Assembly: GCA_964457135.1 (NCBI GenBank)
Contig: CAYWED010000003.1
Span: 1-39,911 of the forward strand
Origin: an uncultured Muribaculaceae bacterium
GTDB lineage: Bacteria > Bacillota_I > Bacilli_A > RF39 > UBA660
Direction of reading: 5' to 3'
Length of the DNA: 39,911 bases
Shown: in pieces, positions 1 to 11,600 of the stretch
How the letters are laid out: every line of letters starts with the position of its first letter
How positions within the stretch are numbered: the first letter of the stretch is position 1
Position numbers and translations under genes: made by a program
The notes under the pieces: generated by a model
What the model was told of the DNA's origin: nothing
The model's input: the letters and a program-made list of their open reading frames with translations, nothing else
The model's database searches: none

Positions 1-188
1 GTAGGAGAAATAGAGATGTAAAAGCAGCAGAGGAAAAGGGGCGAGAAGAAGGACGCAAAGAAGGTCGAAAAGAAGAAAAAATAGAAATAGCCAAGGAAAT
101 GATTCTAAAAGATATGACTAATGAACTTATAAGAGACATAACAAAACTATCAACAGAAGAAATAAAAATGATAAGAGAATCAATATAA
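1..188 (+). CDS. 3' end of Rpn-family (PD-(D/E)XK nuclease/transposase_31) protein, truncated by window edge
   Basis: Frame 3 reads ...EEKGREEGRKEGRKEEKIEIAKEMILKDMTNELIRDITKLSTEEIKMIRESI* (TAA 186-188), the typical EG-repeat plus IAKxM...I..IT.LS.EEI tail of Rpn proteins. Confidence 0.75.
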   Translation, partial: RRNRDVKAAEEKGREEGRKEGRKEEKIEIAKEMILKDMTNELIRDITKLSTEEIKMIRESI

Positions 189-486
189 AATTAAAATAAG
201 TAATATGTATCAAACATTAATAGAAGATAACATTGAATTAGTAAGTGAAGAAAGATATCTATAAGTATTTGAGTTAAAAACGAAATTAACTATGAGAAAA
301 TTAATGAACTAATCGAAATTGGATGGAATAGTACCCATCTTTTTAATTTGAATAAGGGAGTTTGTTTTGCAAAAAAAAATTAAATATGATAATATAAATT
401 AAGAATGTAAAAGGGTAAAAGATATACATACACTTTACAGTTTGGTAAATGCTATAGTATAATGATTAAAGTAGGAGTGATAATTT

Positions 487-2388
487 ATGGCATATGATGA
501 GAAATCGATTAAAATCCTAGAAGGACTTGAAGCAGTTAGAAAAAGACCTGGTATGTACATAGGTTCAACTGACAAAAGAGGTCTTCATCATTTAGTATGG
601 GAAATTGTAGACAATGCAGTTGACGAAGCAATTAATGGATATGGCAACCACATAAAAGTAACACTAACGGGTAATGGCAGTGTAAGAGTTGAAGACCACG
701 GACGTGGAGTACCAGTTGGAATGCATGAAAGTGGTATATCTACTCCAGAAGTAATATATACAGTTTTACACGCTGGTGGAAAGTTTGAGGAAGGTGGCTA
801 CAAAGTAAGTGGAGGTCTTCACGGTGTAGGTGCTAGTGTAGTAAATGCTCTATCTAAAAAAATGAAAGTTACAATCTCTAAAGATGGTGGAATATATGAA
901 ATAACTTTTAAAGATGGTGGAAAAGTAGATGAGCCTCTTCATAAAATAGGAACAACTAAATCTACTGGAACCACAGTTGAATTTTGGCCTGATGATACTA
1001 TCTTTGAAACAGTAAAATTTAGTTATAGCACAGTAGAAGAAAGACTCCAAGAAAGTGCATTTCTAATAAGTAATTTAACAATAGATGTAATAGATGAACT
1101 CACAGAAAAATCAAATACTTTTCATTACGAAAATGGACTAGTATCATTTGTAGAATACATAAATGAAAATAAAACACCACTTCATAAAGTAGTAGACATT
1201 AATGGTGAAAAAAATGGAATAGAAGTGAAAATCGCTATGTGTTACACTGATTCATACAACGAATCAATAATATCATTTGTAAATAACGTAAAAACAATAG
1301 ACGGTGGAACTCATGAAGCAGGATTTAAAACAGCCATAACTAAAGTATTTAATGAATACGTAAAGAATAACAATCTCTTAAAAGGTAAAAACACTGTTCT
1401 AGAAGGAAGTGATACAAGAGAAGGCTTAACAGCAGTAATAAGTGTTAATATTCCAGAAGCACTACTACAATTTGAAGGACAAACAAAAGGAAAACTAGGT
1501 ACACCCCAAGCAAGAAGTGTAGTAGAAAGTATCGTTTATGAAAAATTATCATACTTCCTAGAAGAAAATAAAACAGTAGCCAGTATGATTTTAGAAAAAG
1601 CCCTTAAAAGTAAAGTTGCAAGAGAAGCAGCAAGAAAAGCACGTGAAGAAGCAAGAAATGGAAAAACAAAAACAGGAAAAGATAAAATCTTAAATGGAAA
1701 ACTTACAAAAGCAGCAGGAAAAAATCCCGAAAAAAATGAATTATTCTTAGTAGAAGGAGACTCTGCTGGAGGAAGTGCTAAAACAGGAAGAAATAGAGAG
1801 ACACAAGCAATATTACCTCTTCGTGGTAAAGTCTTAAACTGTGAAAAAGCAAGTTCAAATGATATAAACGGAAATGAGGAATTAAATCTAATAATACAAA
1901 CAATAGGTGCAGGCATTGGCTCTTCTTGTAATCCTGACGAATCAAATTACGGAAAAATAATAATAATGACCGATGCCGATGACGATGGAGCACACATTCA
2001 AATACTTTTACTTACATTCTTCTATAGATTTATGCGTCCACTTATAGAAGCAGGAAAAATATTTGTGGCAAATCCACCATTATATTCAATTGAATATGCA
2101 AAAGTAAAAGAATACATACAAACTGATGAAGAACTTGCTGAAAAGAAAAAAACAATTAAAGGAAACTATAAAGTAAATAGATTTAAAGGTCTAGGTGAAA
2201 TGGACGCTGAAGAATTATATGAAACAACCATGGACCCTGCAAAAAGAAGTTTAATAAAAGTTACAATAGAAGATGCAATGTTAGCAGAAAAACGTGTAAG
2301 TGTATTAATGGGAGACAAAGTAGACCCAAGAAAAGAATGGATTGAAGAAAACGTTGACTTTACACTTGAGGATGACTTTAGGAGGTAG
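487..2388 (+). CDS. parE: DNA topoisomerase IV subunit B
   Basis: GLEAVRKRPGMYIGST, GGLHGVGASVVNALS, EGDSAGG, PLRGK, TDADDDG, RFKGLGEM; ends LMGDKVDPRKEWIE as in Firmicutes ParE; upstream of parC. Confidence 0.95.
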   Translation: MAYDEKSIKILEGLEAVRKRPGMYIGSTDKRGLHHLVWEIVDNAVDEAINGYGNHIKVTLTGNGSVRVEDHGRGVPVGMHESGISTPEVIYTVLHAGGKFEEGGYKVSGGLHGVGASVVNALSKKMKVTISKDGGIYEITFKDGGKVDEPLHKIGTTKSTGTTVEFWPDDTIFETVKFSYSTVEERLQESAFLISNLTIDVIDELTEKSNTFHYENGLVSFVEYINENKTPLHKVVDINGEKNGIEVKIAMCYTDSYNESIISFVNNVKTIDGGTHEAGFKTAITKVFNEYVKNNNLLKGKNTVLEGSDTREGLTAVISVNIPEALLQFEGQTKGKLGTPQARSVVESIVYEKLSYFLEENKTVASMILEKALKSKVAREAARKAREEARNGKTKTGKDKILNGKLTKAAGKNPEKNELFLVEGDSAGGSAKTGRNRETQAILPLRGKVLNCEKASSNDINGNEELNLIIQTIGAGIGSSCNPDESNYGKIIIMTDADDDGAHIQILLLTFFYRFMRPLIEAGKIFVANPPLYSIEYAKVKEYIQTDEELAEKKKTIKGNYKVNRFKGLGEMDAEELYETTMDPAKRSLIKVTIEDAMLAEKRVSVLMGDKVDPRKEWIEENVDFTLEDDFRR

Positions 2389-2390
2389 TA

Positions 2391-2942
2391 ATGAAAGTTT
2401 TAATTGGAACAAAAAATCCAGGAAAAATACAAGGTGCTAAAGAAGCCTTTCTAAAATATTATGATAACATTGATATAGAGGGACTCCCAGTAGCGTCTAA
2501 TGTAAGTGAAGAACCTGTAAACAATGAAATTTATGAAGGGGCAAGAAATCGCGTAGATAATTTAATAAAGTATGCTAAAGAAAATAATATAGACACAGAA
2601 TTTTTTCTAGGTATAGAATCAGGAATTACCAATTTACTTGGCCGTTGGGTTATTATAAATGTTGCAGTTATTAAAGATAAAAATGGATATGAGAGTTGGG
2701 GTACAAGTTCTGCATTTCCAGTACCTGATAAATATGTAAGTGAAATAATCAAAACAGATTTAGGAAAAGTTATGGATAACATCTTTAAACAACACGATTT
2801 AAGAAGTAATAAAGGCGGAATAAGTTTTTTAACTAATAATGTAATTAATCGAATTGATTTAACTAGGGAAGCATTTATAATGGCACTTACACAATTTACA
2901 AGTGAAATTTGGAATGACAAGAAATTATTAAAAGACAAATAG
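2391..2942 (+). CDS. yjjX: Inosine/xanthosine triphosphatase (YjjX/DUF84 family)
   Basis: MKVLIGTKNPGK, S.VSEEP, GARNR, GIESG, GGISFLT...I.R motifs; RBS AGGAGG overlaps the parE end. Confidence 0.85.
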   Translation: MKVLIGTKNPGKIQGAKEAFLKYYDNIDIEGLPVASNVSEEPVNNEIYEGARNRVDNLIKYAKENNIDTEFFLGIESGITNLLGRWVIINVAVIKDKNGYESWGTSSAFPVPDKYVSEIIKTDLGKVMDNIFKQHDLRSNKGGISFLTNNVINRIDLTREAFIMALTQFTSEIWNDKKLLKDK

Positions 2943-2948
2943 GAGGTA

Positions 2949-5564
2949 GTGATGAAGAAGAAAGAAGAAACAAGTATTGTAGAAAAAATATATGACTACA
3001 CCCTAGAAGAAATAATGGGGGACAGGTTTGCTAGGTATTCAAAAAGCATAATTCAAGACCGTGCTTTACCAGACGTGAGAGATGGTCTTAAACCAGTTCA
3101 AAGAAGAATACTATTTTCAATGTACGAAAGCCATAATACATACGATAAACCTTTTAGAAAAAGTGCAAAAGCAGTTGGAGACATCATGGGAAAATATCAC
3201 CCACATGGAGACTCAGCAATATATGATGCTTTAGTAAGACTTTCACAACCTTGGAAAATGAGGGAGCCCTTAGTTGAAATTCATGGAAACAACGGTTCAA
3301 TTGATGGAGATGGTCCAGCAGCAAGTCGTTACACTGAGGCTAGACTTTCACGTCTTTCTAATGTAATGCTAGAAGACATAAATAAAGATACTGTTATGAT
3401 GGCGTTAAACTATAGTGACGAAGACTTAGAGCCTACTGTCCTTCCAGCACATTTTCCAGCACTACTAGTAAATGGCTCAACTGGTATATCAGCCGGGTAC
3501 GCTACAAATATACCACCACACAATCTAGGCGAAATAATAGATGCAACAATAAAAAGAATAGACTCACCAAACTGTAGACTAGATACAATTTTAGAAATAG
3601 TAAAAGGACCAGACTTTCCTACAGGTGGAGTAGTAGAAGGCAAAGAAGGTTTAATAAACGCCTACACTACAGGTAAAGGAAAAGTAGTACTAAAAGCAAA
3701 TTATGAAATCATTGAAGACAAAGGTAAAAAGCAAATATTAATAAAAGAAATACCTTATGAAGTTTTAAAAGAAAGCCTTAAGAAAAAAATAGAGGACATT
3801 AAAAGTGATAAAAAAATAGATGGAATACTTGATGTAATAGACGAATCAGACCGTCTTAACATGGCTCGTCTAGTCATAGAACTAAAAAAAGATGCTGACG
3901 CACAACTTATAATAAACTATTTACTTAAAAACACAGAACTACAAATAAACTATAACTTTAACGTAGTAGCAATAGTAAATAAACGCCCTAAAACCTTAGG
4001 CATACTTGAAATACTAGATGCATTTATTGCCCACAAAAAAGAAGTAGTACTAAATAGAAGTAACTTTGACTTAACCCACGCACTTGCAAGAATTCACATA
4101 GTAGAAGGCTTCATAAAAGCTCTAGACATACTAGACGAAGTAATTAAAACAATAAGAGCATCAAAAAACAAACAAGACGCAATAGAAAACCTAGTTAAAG
4201 AATTCGCGTTTACTCCTGAACAAGCAACAGCAATAGTTTTAATGCAATTATATAAACTTACTAACACTGACGTAACTGACCTAGAAAATGAATTTGCTGA
4301 CCTTACTAAAAAAATAGAATACCTAAGGAAAGTTATAAGTGATGAAGAAGTATTAAAAGGTGTAATGAAAGACGAATTAAAGAATATCAAAAAAGAATTT
4401 GCAACTCCAAGAAGAACAATAATAAAAGATGAAATCACTGAAATAAAAATAGATGAACTAAGTATGATACCAAAAGAAGACTTTATAGTAAGTGTTTCCC
4501 GTAGTGGTTACATAAAGAAAATAAGTATTAAAAGTTATAACCAAAGCAAAGATAGTGAATTCGGACAAAAAACAGGAGATTACACAATAGGTCTTTATAA
4601 AATAAACAATATAGACACAATAATACTTATTACAAACTTAGGTAATTACTGCTATTTACCAGTTAGAGACTTAAGCGAAGTTAAATACAAAGAAATTGGT
4701 CGTCATGTAAGCTCTTATATCACATTAAGTGAAGGAGAACAAATAATAAGTTCATTTGGAATAAAATCATTTGACGAGAGAACCATAACACTATTTAGTA
4801 AAAATGGTATGGTAAAAAGAACAAAATTAAGTAATTTGCCAGTAACAAGATATAGTAAACCAATGGTAATATTCAAATTAAAAGATGATGATGAGTTAGT
4901 TTCTTCAAGTATAAACGATGGAGATGTATATATAATTACTAAAAATGGCTTTGCTTTAAAATTTGACAAAGAAGAAATTCCAGTAGTAGGACTTAAAACA
5001 AGTGGAGTAAAAGGAATTAAATTAATCAATGATGAGGTAGCTAACGGATTTATAACTAACAGTACTCATGAATATATCACAATATTTACTGATAAAAACA
5101 CAGCAAAAAGAATAAAACTAGAAGAAATAGAATTTAGTCGTCGTAGTCTAAAAGGAGAAAACATATTAAAAAGTCCTAAATCCAAAGTCTATGCTATAAC
5201 AGAGTCTTTCCCAGGAAGTTCTAAAACAAACTACGGAATAAATACTCCTGACACAAGAATAATAAAATCAAGCGACATTAATATAATGGAAAAATCAAGT
5301 GTAGGAAGTTTAATAGAAAAAGGAGAGGTAGAAGGTTTCTTTAAAGAAGCAAGACTTAAAGTAATAGATGAAGAAACAAATGCAAAAAATCCTGAAGACT
5401 TAAATGATAGTAATGACACAAAAGAAAATGAACAAATAAAACAGACCACTAAAGAAAAAACAACACTAGAAAAGAAAGAAGAACCTAAAAAAACTGAAGA
5501 GACAAAAGAGAGTGTTTATGAAACCTTAACTATGAGTGATTTCTTTGATGAATTTAAGATATAA
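2949..5564 (+). CDS. parC: DNA topoisomerase IV subunit A
   Basis: [39 protein letters not shown] (catalytic Tyr), C-terminal pinwheel repeats without a GyrA box, acidic tail. Confidence 0.95.
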   Translation: MMKKKEETSIVEKIYDYTLEEIMGDRFARYSKSIIQDRALPDVRDGLKPVQRRILFSMYESHNTYDKPFRKSAKAVGDIMGKYHPHGDSAIYDALVRLSQPWKMREPLVEIHGNNGSIDGDGPAASRYTEARLSRLSNVMLEDINKDTVMMALNYSDEDLEPTVLPAHFPALLVNGSTGISAGYATNIPPHNLGEIIDATIKRIDSPNCRLDTILEIVKGPDFPTGGVVEGKEGLINAYTTGKGKVVLKANYEIIEDKGKKQILIKEIPYEVLKESLKKKIEDIKSDKKIDGILDVIDESDRLNMARLVIELKKDADAQLIINYLLKNTELQINYNFNVVAIVNKRPKTLGILEILDAFIAHKKEVVLNRSNFDLTHALARIHIVEGFIKALDILDEVIKTIRASKNKQDAIENLVKEFAFTPEQATAIVLMQLYKLTNTDVTDLENEFADLTKKIEYLRKVISDEEVLKGVMKDELKNIKKEFATPRRTIIKDEITEIKIDELSMIPKEDFIVSVSRSGYIKKISIKSYNQSKDSEFGQKTGDYTIGLYKINNIDTIILITNLGNYCYLPVRDLSEVKYKEIGRHVSSYITLSEGEQIISSFGIKSFDERTITLFSKNGMVKRTKLSNLPVTRYSKPMVIFKLKDDDELVSSSINDGDVYIITKNGFALKFDKEEIPVVGLKTSGVKGIKLINDEVANGFITNSTHEYITIFTDKNTAKRIKLEEIEFSRRSLKGENILKSPKSKVYAITESFPGSSKTNYGINTPDTRIIKSSDINIMEKSSVGSLIEKGEVEGFFKEARLKVIDEETNAKNPEDLNDSNDTKENEQIKQTTKEKTTLEKKEEPKKTEETKESVYETLTMSDFFDEFKI

Positions 5565-5593
5565 CAAGGGTGTTAAAACCCTTGTTATATTTT
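5559..5593 (+). terminator. Intrinsic terminator after parC
   Basis: ATATAACAAGGGT...ACCCTTGTTATAT inverted repeat followed by T run. Confidence 0.8.
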
Positions 5594-5619
5594 CCTAAGT
5601 AATTTTTAGTAAATATGTG

Positions 5620-5649
5620 TTGACAATTATACTGTTACTATGTTATGAT
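5620..5649 (+). promoter_or_regulatory. SigA-type promoter of the type III TA operon
   Basis: TTGACA (5620-5625), 18 nt spacer, TG-n-TATGAT (5644-5649). Confidence 0.7.
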
Positions 5650-5655
5650 TAAATC

Positions 5656-5740
5656 ACATAAGGAATTATGTTAAAAAAAGTCGAGCGATTCCGGCTGTGA
5701 CAGGAATTCAAAAAAGCACTAGAGCTTGTCTCTAGTTTTA
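5656..5740 (+). ncRNA. Type III antitoxin RNA (ToxI/antiQ-like), single pseudoknot unit plus terminator
   Basis: Lies between promoter and toxin. A-rich sites AAAAAAAG (5673-5680) and AAAAAAG (5710-5716) flank a unit with AGTC/GGCT and GATTCC/GGAATT pairings (H-type pseudoknot). Hairpin ACTAGAG/CTCTAGT+TTT at 5718-5739. Confidence 0.65.
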
Positions 5741-5788
5741 TAATTTAATTTTTGAAATAAAATACAAGAAAAAAGAAAGGAGGCTTGA

Positions 5789-6305
5789 ATGAAAAAATAT
5801 TTTAAATTAGTAAGAATAGATGAGAATTACTGTGATTATTTAAGAAAGTTTGATAGCAAAGTTCCTTATAATATGAACAGTAAAAAGTTGAGACCATTTG
5901 TGGGTATTTTATTTACAGTAAATAATTGTGATTATTTTGCACCATTAAGTAGTCCTAAGCCTAAACACACAAATATGACAGATAAAATAGATTTTTTAAG
6001 GCTAGACAGTGGAAGATTAGGAGCAATTAACTATAACAATATGCTTCCAGTTCAAAAAGAAAATATTAAAGAAATTGACTTAAATGAAAAACCTTTAGAA
6101 GAAATGAAAAAAATATTACTATTTACTAAAATTACAAATATTTTGGTTAAATAGAAACTATGACTTAGTTGTAACAAGAGCCAAAGCATTATATTTTGAT
6201 TTTATAAATAACAACTTGCCAGAAAAAATATTATCGAGATGTTGTAATTTCAAATTACTAGAAGAAAAATGTATTTTATATAATAGTGACAACGTTAAAG
6301 TATAA
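5789..6305 (+). pseudogene. Type III toxin ToxN/AbiQ family endoribonuclease, +1 frameshift in A7 run at 6107-6113
   Basis: N-terminal YCDYLRKFDSKVPYN, RPFVGIL, YFAPLSSPK, LGAINYNNMLPV. The shifted frame continues YYYLLKLQIFWLN...RCCNFKLLEEKC to TAA 6303-6305. Confidence 0.85.
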
Positions 6306-6341
6306 TATAAATTTAATAGTGTAAAAGAAAGGAAGGTCCAA

Positions 6342-6680
6342 ATGAAACACTACATGAATTTAAATGACAAACCATTTAATAAAATGAAAAATGGAAGCAA
6401 AACAATTGAATTAAGATTAAATGATGAAAAAAGACAATTATTAAAAGTAAATGACTTTATAGAATTTACAAATAGAGAAACTTTAGAAAAAATATTAGTT
6501 GTTATAATAGACTTATTTAAATATCCAAATTTCAAAGAATTATATAAGCACTTTGATAAAGTGGAAATGGGATATGAAGAAGACGAAACTGCAGAGCCAG
6601 AAGATATGGAAAAATATTATGATGAAGAAGAACAAAAGAAATATGGCGTTTTAGGAATAAAAGTTAAGAGATTAAACTAA
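6342..6680 (+). CDS. ASCH domain protein
   Basis: M.L...PF..MKNGSKTIELRLNDEKR....V.D.IEF; YGVLGI C-terminus. Confidence 0.85.
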   Translation: MKHYMNLNDKPFNKMKNGSKTIELRLNDEKRQLLKVNDFIEFTNRETLEKILVVIIDLFKYPNFKELYKHFDKVEMGYEEDETAEPEDMEKYYDEEEQKKYGVLGIKVKRLN

Positions 6681-6753
6681 AGAATGTAAAATCTCTTTCT
6701 TTTTCTTTTCTAAAAACTTTGATATACTATAAACAAGAAAAGGATGAGTAAGA

Positions 6754-7572
6754 ATGAAACTATTTAGTATTATATTGACAGTATATAATAAAGAAAAAAC
6801 ATTAAAGAAATGCTTAAATAGTATTTTAAATAATAAATTTGATAACTATGAGCTAATAATAGTAAATGATGGTTCCAAAGACAATAGTTTAAAAATAATA
6901 GAAGATTATTCTAAAAAATACAATAATATAAAAATAATAAATATACCTCATAAAGGAATATCTTATATTAGAAAAAATATATCAAAAAAAATAAAAGGTA
7001 AATATATTATATTCGTAGATGCTGATGATAGTATAGAATTAGATTTACTAAATATACTAGAAAAAACTATAAATTTATACAATCCAGACATAATTAAATA
7101 TAACATAAATGAAATAAACTCTAAAAAAGATAAGAATCGTTATATGATAAAAAAATTTAAGATATATGCTACTGGAGTTGATGCACTAAAAGATTGGAAT
7201 AAATATAACTTAAGGTATAGCATGTTTAATATGTATGCAATAAAAAAAGATGTATATACAAAAACTATAAAGTATTTTATAGATTTAAAGTGTTATGAGG
7301 ATATTGCAAATGTACCAAAAATAATATATTTTTCCAAAAAAATCATAAATATACCATATATTGGATACAATTATTATAGAAACGATAATAGTATAACAAA
7401 AAAAGAAGCAAATAATATAAAGATGCATGAATTTAAAAAAGCCTGTAATAATATTATAAATTTTTTCAAGAAACAATTAACTGAAAATGATGAACTTTGC
7501 TTACAGATAAAAGATTATTATTTGTATCACTTGAATAGAAAAGAAAAAGAATTAAAACACTCATCATCATAA
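6754..7572 (+). CDS. Glycosyltransferase family 2
   Basis: FSIILTVYN, ELIIVNDGSKDNS, YIIFVDADD, ED motif. Confidence 0.9.
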   Translation: MKLFSIILTVYNKEKTLKKCLNSILNNKFDNYELIIVNDGSKDNSLKIIEDYSKKYNNIKIINIPHKGISYIRKNISKKIKGKYIIFVDADDSIELDLLNILEKTINLYNPDIIKYNINEINSKKDKNRYMIKKFKIYATGVDALKDWNKYNLRYSMFNMYAIKKDVYTKTIKYFIDLKCYEDIANVPKIIYFSKKIINIPYIGYNYYRNDNSITKKEANNIKMHEFKKACNNIINFFKKQLTENDELCLQIKDYYLYHLNRKEKELKHSSS

Positions 7573-7579
7573 AAAGCGC

Positions 7580-8509
7580 TTAATTAATTGTTACAACTGG
7601 TCTACTTAAATTAACACCAGTTTTCTTTTTGTATACTAAATAATGAGCATTATCAAATTGTTCTTCACTTATATTCATTAAAAAATCCTTAGGATTAATA
7701 TTATCTTCACTATCAAATATCCTCTCTACAGAGTCAAGTAGCATTTTATCAAATCCAATTGAAGAAAGATAGTCGGCATAATTAAGAATAGTACTCTTTG
7801 ATTGAACACTCATCTCCATCTGAGCTAAACTATTCAAAATCATAAACACATAACAAAAAATATCAGTATTTTTATCTGGAATAACTAAACCATTTTTTCT
7901 ATATTTAATTTTTTCGTCACACATTCTTTCAATTTCATTATTCAATTCTAAATATTTAGAATCTAAAGCACCATTTCCATCAATATAACAACTTATTGTA
8001 TCAACAACCCATAAGAATATCTTACCATTTATTACATCTACTAAAAAATTTCCTTCATGCACATCTCCCCCATACATATTATATGGAAAATCTTTAATAT
8101 CATCATATTTAGCTAAAATATCATCAACCATTTTGAGTAGTTTTAACTTTTTTTCATTTGGAAATTGAGAATATCTAAGTAAGTCCTGTAAGCAAAAGCA
8201 CTCACTCATAAGAGGCATAATGTATGCCACATTTTCTAAGCCTTCAACATGTGCATAAATTTCTGGAAGAACTAAATTAGGAATAGCAGTAAGTAGTACA
8301 TCTTTATAAGACATAATAGTATGGAAATTCTTACTGACTATGTAATCTTTTCTTGAAGTTCTATGAAACTTAAGTAATTTCTTTTTCCCATCAACAAATA
8401 TTATTTTTAAAATACTTTCCTGAGGCTCAACATCACTTACAGGTTCAAAATCTTCTAATTCATCAAACTCATTTTTAGTTAAATAAATTCCATATTTTTC
8501 TATTCTCAT
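7580..8509 (-). CDS. Protein kinase-like fold protein
   Basis: LLKF (beta3 Lys), YIMPLM hinge, GDVHEGNFLV catalytic loop, VVD metal-binding, later TDIF. Confidence 0.65.
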   Translation of the reverse strand: MRIEKYGIYLTKNEFDELEDFEPVSDVEPQESILKIIFVDGKKKLLKFHRTSRKDYIVSKNFHTIMSYKDVLLTAIPNLVLPEIYAHVEGLENVAYIMPLMSECFCLQDLLRYSQFPNEKKLKLLKMVDDILAKYDDIKDFPYNMYGGDVHEGNFLVDVINGKIFLWVVDTISCYIDGNGALDSKYLELNNEIERMCDEKIKYRKNGLVIPDKNTDIFCYVFMILNSLAQMEMSVQSKSTILNYADYLSSIGFDKMLLDSVERIFDSEDNINPKDFLMNISEEQFDNAHYLVYKKKTGVNLSRPVVTIN

Positions 8510-8634
8510 AAAATACTCCTTTTGGCTAATTATTATATCACGGAATAATTCAAAAACATATGTATATTAATTATTATAAAAACATAGTATAATAGTTAAA
8601 GAACCAAAAAAATATAGTAGTAAGGAAGTAAAAA

Positions 8635-11600
8635 ATGAATTTAAACGAAAACGAAATAAGAAAATTAGTAGGCGACTTAGCATATATTCGTGGAAAAAGT
8701 TATGATATTGATTCAATTGAATATGTAGATGTAACTAATATCGGTACAATGAAATACTATGAATTCAAAGTGAAATCTCAGTCATATTATGATAGTTATG
8801 AGGTTTACGTAATAGAAAGAAACGGAAAAATAACAGGTGGTACATGTGACTGTATGGCCTATGATGCATCTGGTACTTGTAAACACATAGCCGCTTGTAT
8901 GCAAAACTTTAACGATTTAGTTTTCTATAATACACCTGAAGAAAAAGGACTAAAAGTATCTAGAAATATATTAAAAGAATTTTATGATGAAAATAAGTCA
9001 AAAGAAATAAAACTTAAAAAACAATTAAATTTAGAAATAACACTAGAGTTTAGTAATTCATACTATTCAGCAGTAACTCCTAAAATGAAAATAGGTGAAG
9101 ACAAACTATATAATTTAAACAATAAGTTAAATGCATTTTTAGATATATATAAAGAAGAAAATGATGAATTATATTTTGGTAAAAACTTTACATATAATCC
9201 AGCCATCCATTTCTTTTCAAAAACAGACGAAAACTTTATAAACTATTTAATGACTGTAAAACAAAATAATCCATACTACAACATGAATAACTTTACTTTA
9301 ACATTAGACCAATCAATAAGTTTAATTAATAACTTAAAAGGAAAAGATTTCTATATAGGTAATACCTTAATAAGAAACATCAAAGAAGAGAATCCCATAA
9401 AAATGAAATTAAACAAAGATGGTGAATTATATAAACTCGAAATAATAGATAATGGTGCCTTAGTTTTAGATAAAGAATATAAATATGTAGTTTTAGATGA
9501 CACTCTATACATAATGCCTAAAAAACAAAGTAATATATTAAACCTAATGGCAAAATCTAAAATAAATGAACTAACATTCAAAGAAGAAGATTTAGAATCA
9601 TTCACACAAGGACTTCTTCCTATAGTAAAAAACAATGTGGAAGTGTCTCCATCTTTAGAAAATAAAATAACAATAGGTAAAAAACCAGATGTACAACTAT
9701 ATATAGATTTAAAAAATGATTTAATATTATGTACTATAAAACTAATATACAATAATGTAACAATAGACTATTTTGAAAAAACGCCAAATATATTAAGAGA
9801 CACAGAAACGGAAGAAGAGGTAGTATCTACTTTATTACAATATGGTTTTACAATAAATAATAATCAAATTTACATAGAAGACATGGACATAATCGGAGAA
9901 TTTCTAGAAACAAACATAACAGAGTTAGCAACAATTTATGAAGTTTTCACCTCAAACAAAATAAAAGAAACACGCATTCTAAAAGACAACAGTGTCCGTT
10001 CTACATTTTCTATTGGAACAGATAATATCTTAAAATATGAGTTTGATTTAGGTGATATTAGAAACGATGAAATTTCAAATATTTTAGATTCACTAAACTC
10101 TAAAAAGAAATATTACAAACTAAAAAATGGTAATATAATTAATCTTAATGAAAGTGAAGATTTAAAAGAATTAGATGATTTAATAACTGACATGGAATTA
10201 TCTAAAAAAGACATAAAAGAAGGTACAGGCATAATCCCTAAATACCGTGCAATATATTTAGATAGCATAAAAAAAGAAAAATATCACATAATTAAAACAA
10301 ATAACTTATTTGATGAGTTAATAAATAACTTTACCTCCTACAAAGATGCTAAAGTCGGATTAACTAAAAAAGACAAAGAAATACTAAGAGATTATCAAGT
10401 AACAGGTGTTAAATGGTTATATAATATATATAAATGCGGTTTTGGTGGAATACTTGCAGATGAAATGGGACTTGGAAAATCAATTCAGTTAATCTATTTT
10501 ATAAAAGAAATACTAAAAGAAAATAAAAACGCACGAATTCTAATCGTAGCACCTACCTCACTAATATATAACTGGCAAAATGAATTTGACAAGTTTGGTC
10601 CAGAACTTAACTACAAAGTATTTGCAGAAAATAAAAACTTGAGAAAACTTGAACTAGAAAATAATGAGTCAAATATTCTAATTACAACATATGGATTAGT
10701 TAGACAAGATAAAAAAATATATGAAAAAATGAATTTTGAACTTATAGCAATAGATGAAGCACAAAATATAAAGAACCCAAATGCTGAAATGACTAAAGTA
10801 GTAAAAAGCTTAAAAGCAAATACAAAAATAGCCTTAACTGGAACACCTCTTGAAAATTCAGTTATAGAATTATGGAGTATATTTGATTTTATCATGCCAG
10901 GATATTTAGCAAACAAGGAATCATTTGGAAGAAAATATAATATTCACGAAGTTGATGAAAAAAGTTTATCATCACTTAGTAACTTAAACAGTCAAATAAA
11001 ACCTTTTATTTTAAGAAGAAAGAAAAAAGACGTAGTAAAAGATTTGCCTGATAAAATCGAAAACAACATATATGTAAATTTAGACCCAGAACAAAAGAAA
11101 CTTTATATTGCAGAGTCAAATAAAACAAGAAAAGAATTAGATGAAATTATAGAGAATGAAGGTTTCAAAAAAGGAAGTTTCAAAATCTTACAACTCCTTA
11201 CTAAATTAAGGCAACTTTGCATAAGTCCAAACATAATATATGAAAACTATAAAGGCAAAAGTGCAAAAATAGAAGAATTAATAAATATCACAAAACAAAT
11301 GATTGAAAACGGACATAAAATATTACTGTTTACTAGTTTTAAAACAGCATTAGATTTAGTTAATAAAGAATTTACAAATCACAATATAAGTACATATGTA
11401 ATAGATGGAAGTGTATCTTCTAAAAAGAGAATGGAACTTGTAAATAATTTTAATAAAAATGATACCAATGTTTTCTTAATTACTTTAAAGTCGGGTGGTA
11501 CAGGACTTAACTTAACAAGTGCTGATATAGTAATACATTTAGACTTATGGTGGAACCCACAAGTAGAAAATCAAGCTACTGACCGTGCTCATAGAATAGG

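Noticed and set aside
190-345. Short ORF-like stretch and hairpin after the Rpn gene
   Set aside because: Interrupted by stops, with no recognisable family
487-5564. gyrB/gyrA
   Set aside because: No GyrA box, and the termini are ParE/ParC-type
5651-5676. CACATAA-GGAA-TTATGTTAAA as another dif-like site
   Set aside because: Spacer is 4 nt rather than 6; better explained as the 5' hairpin of the antitoxin RNA
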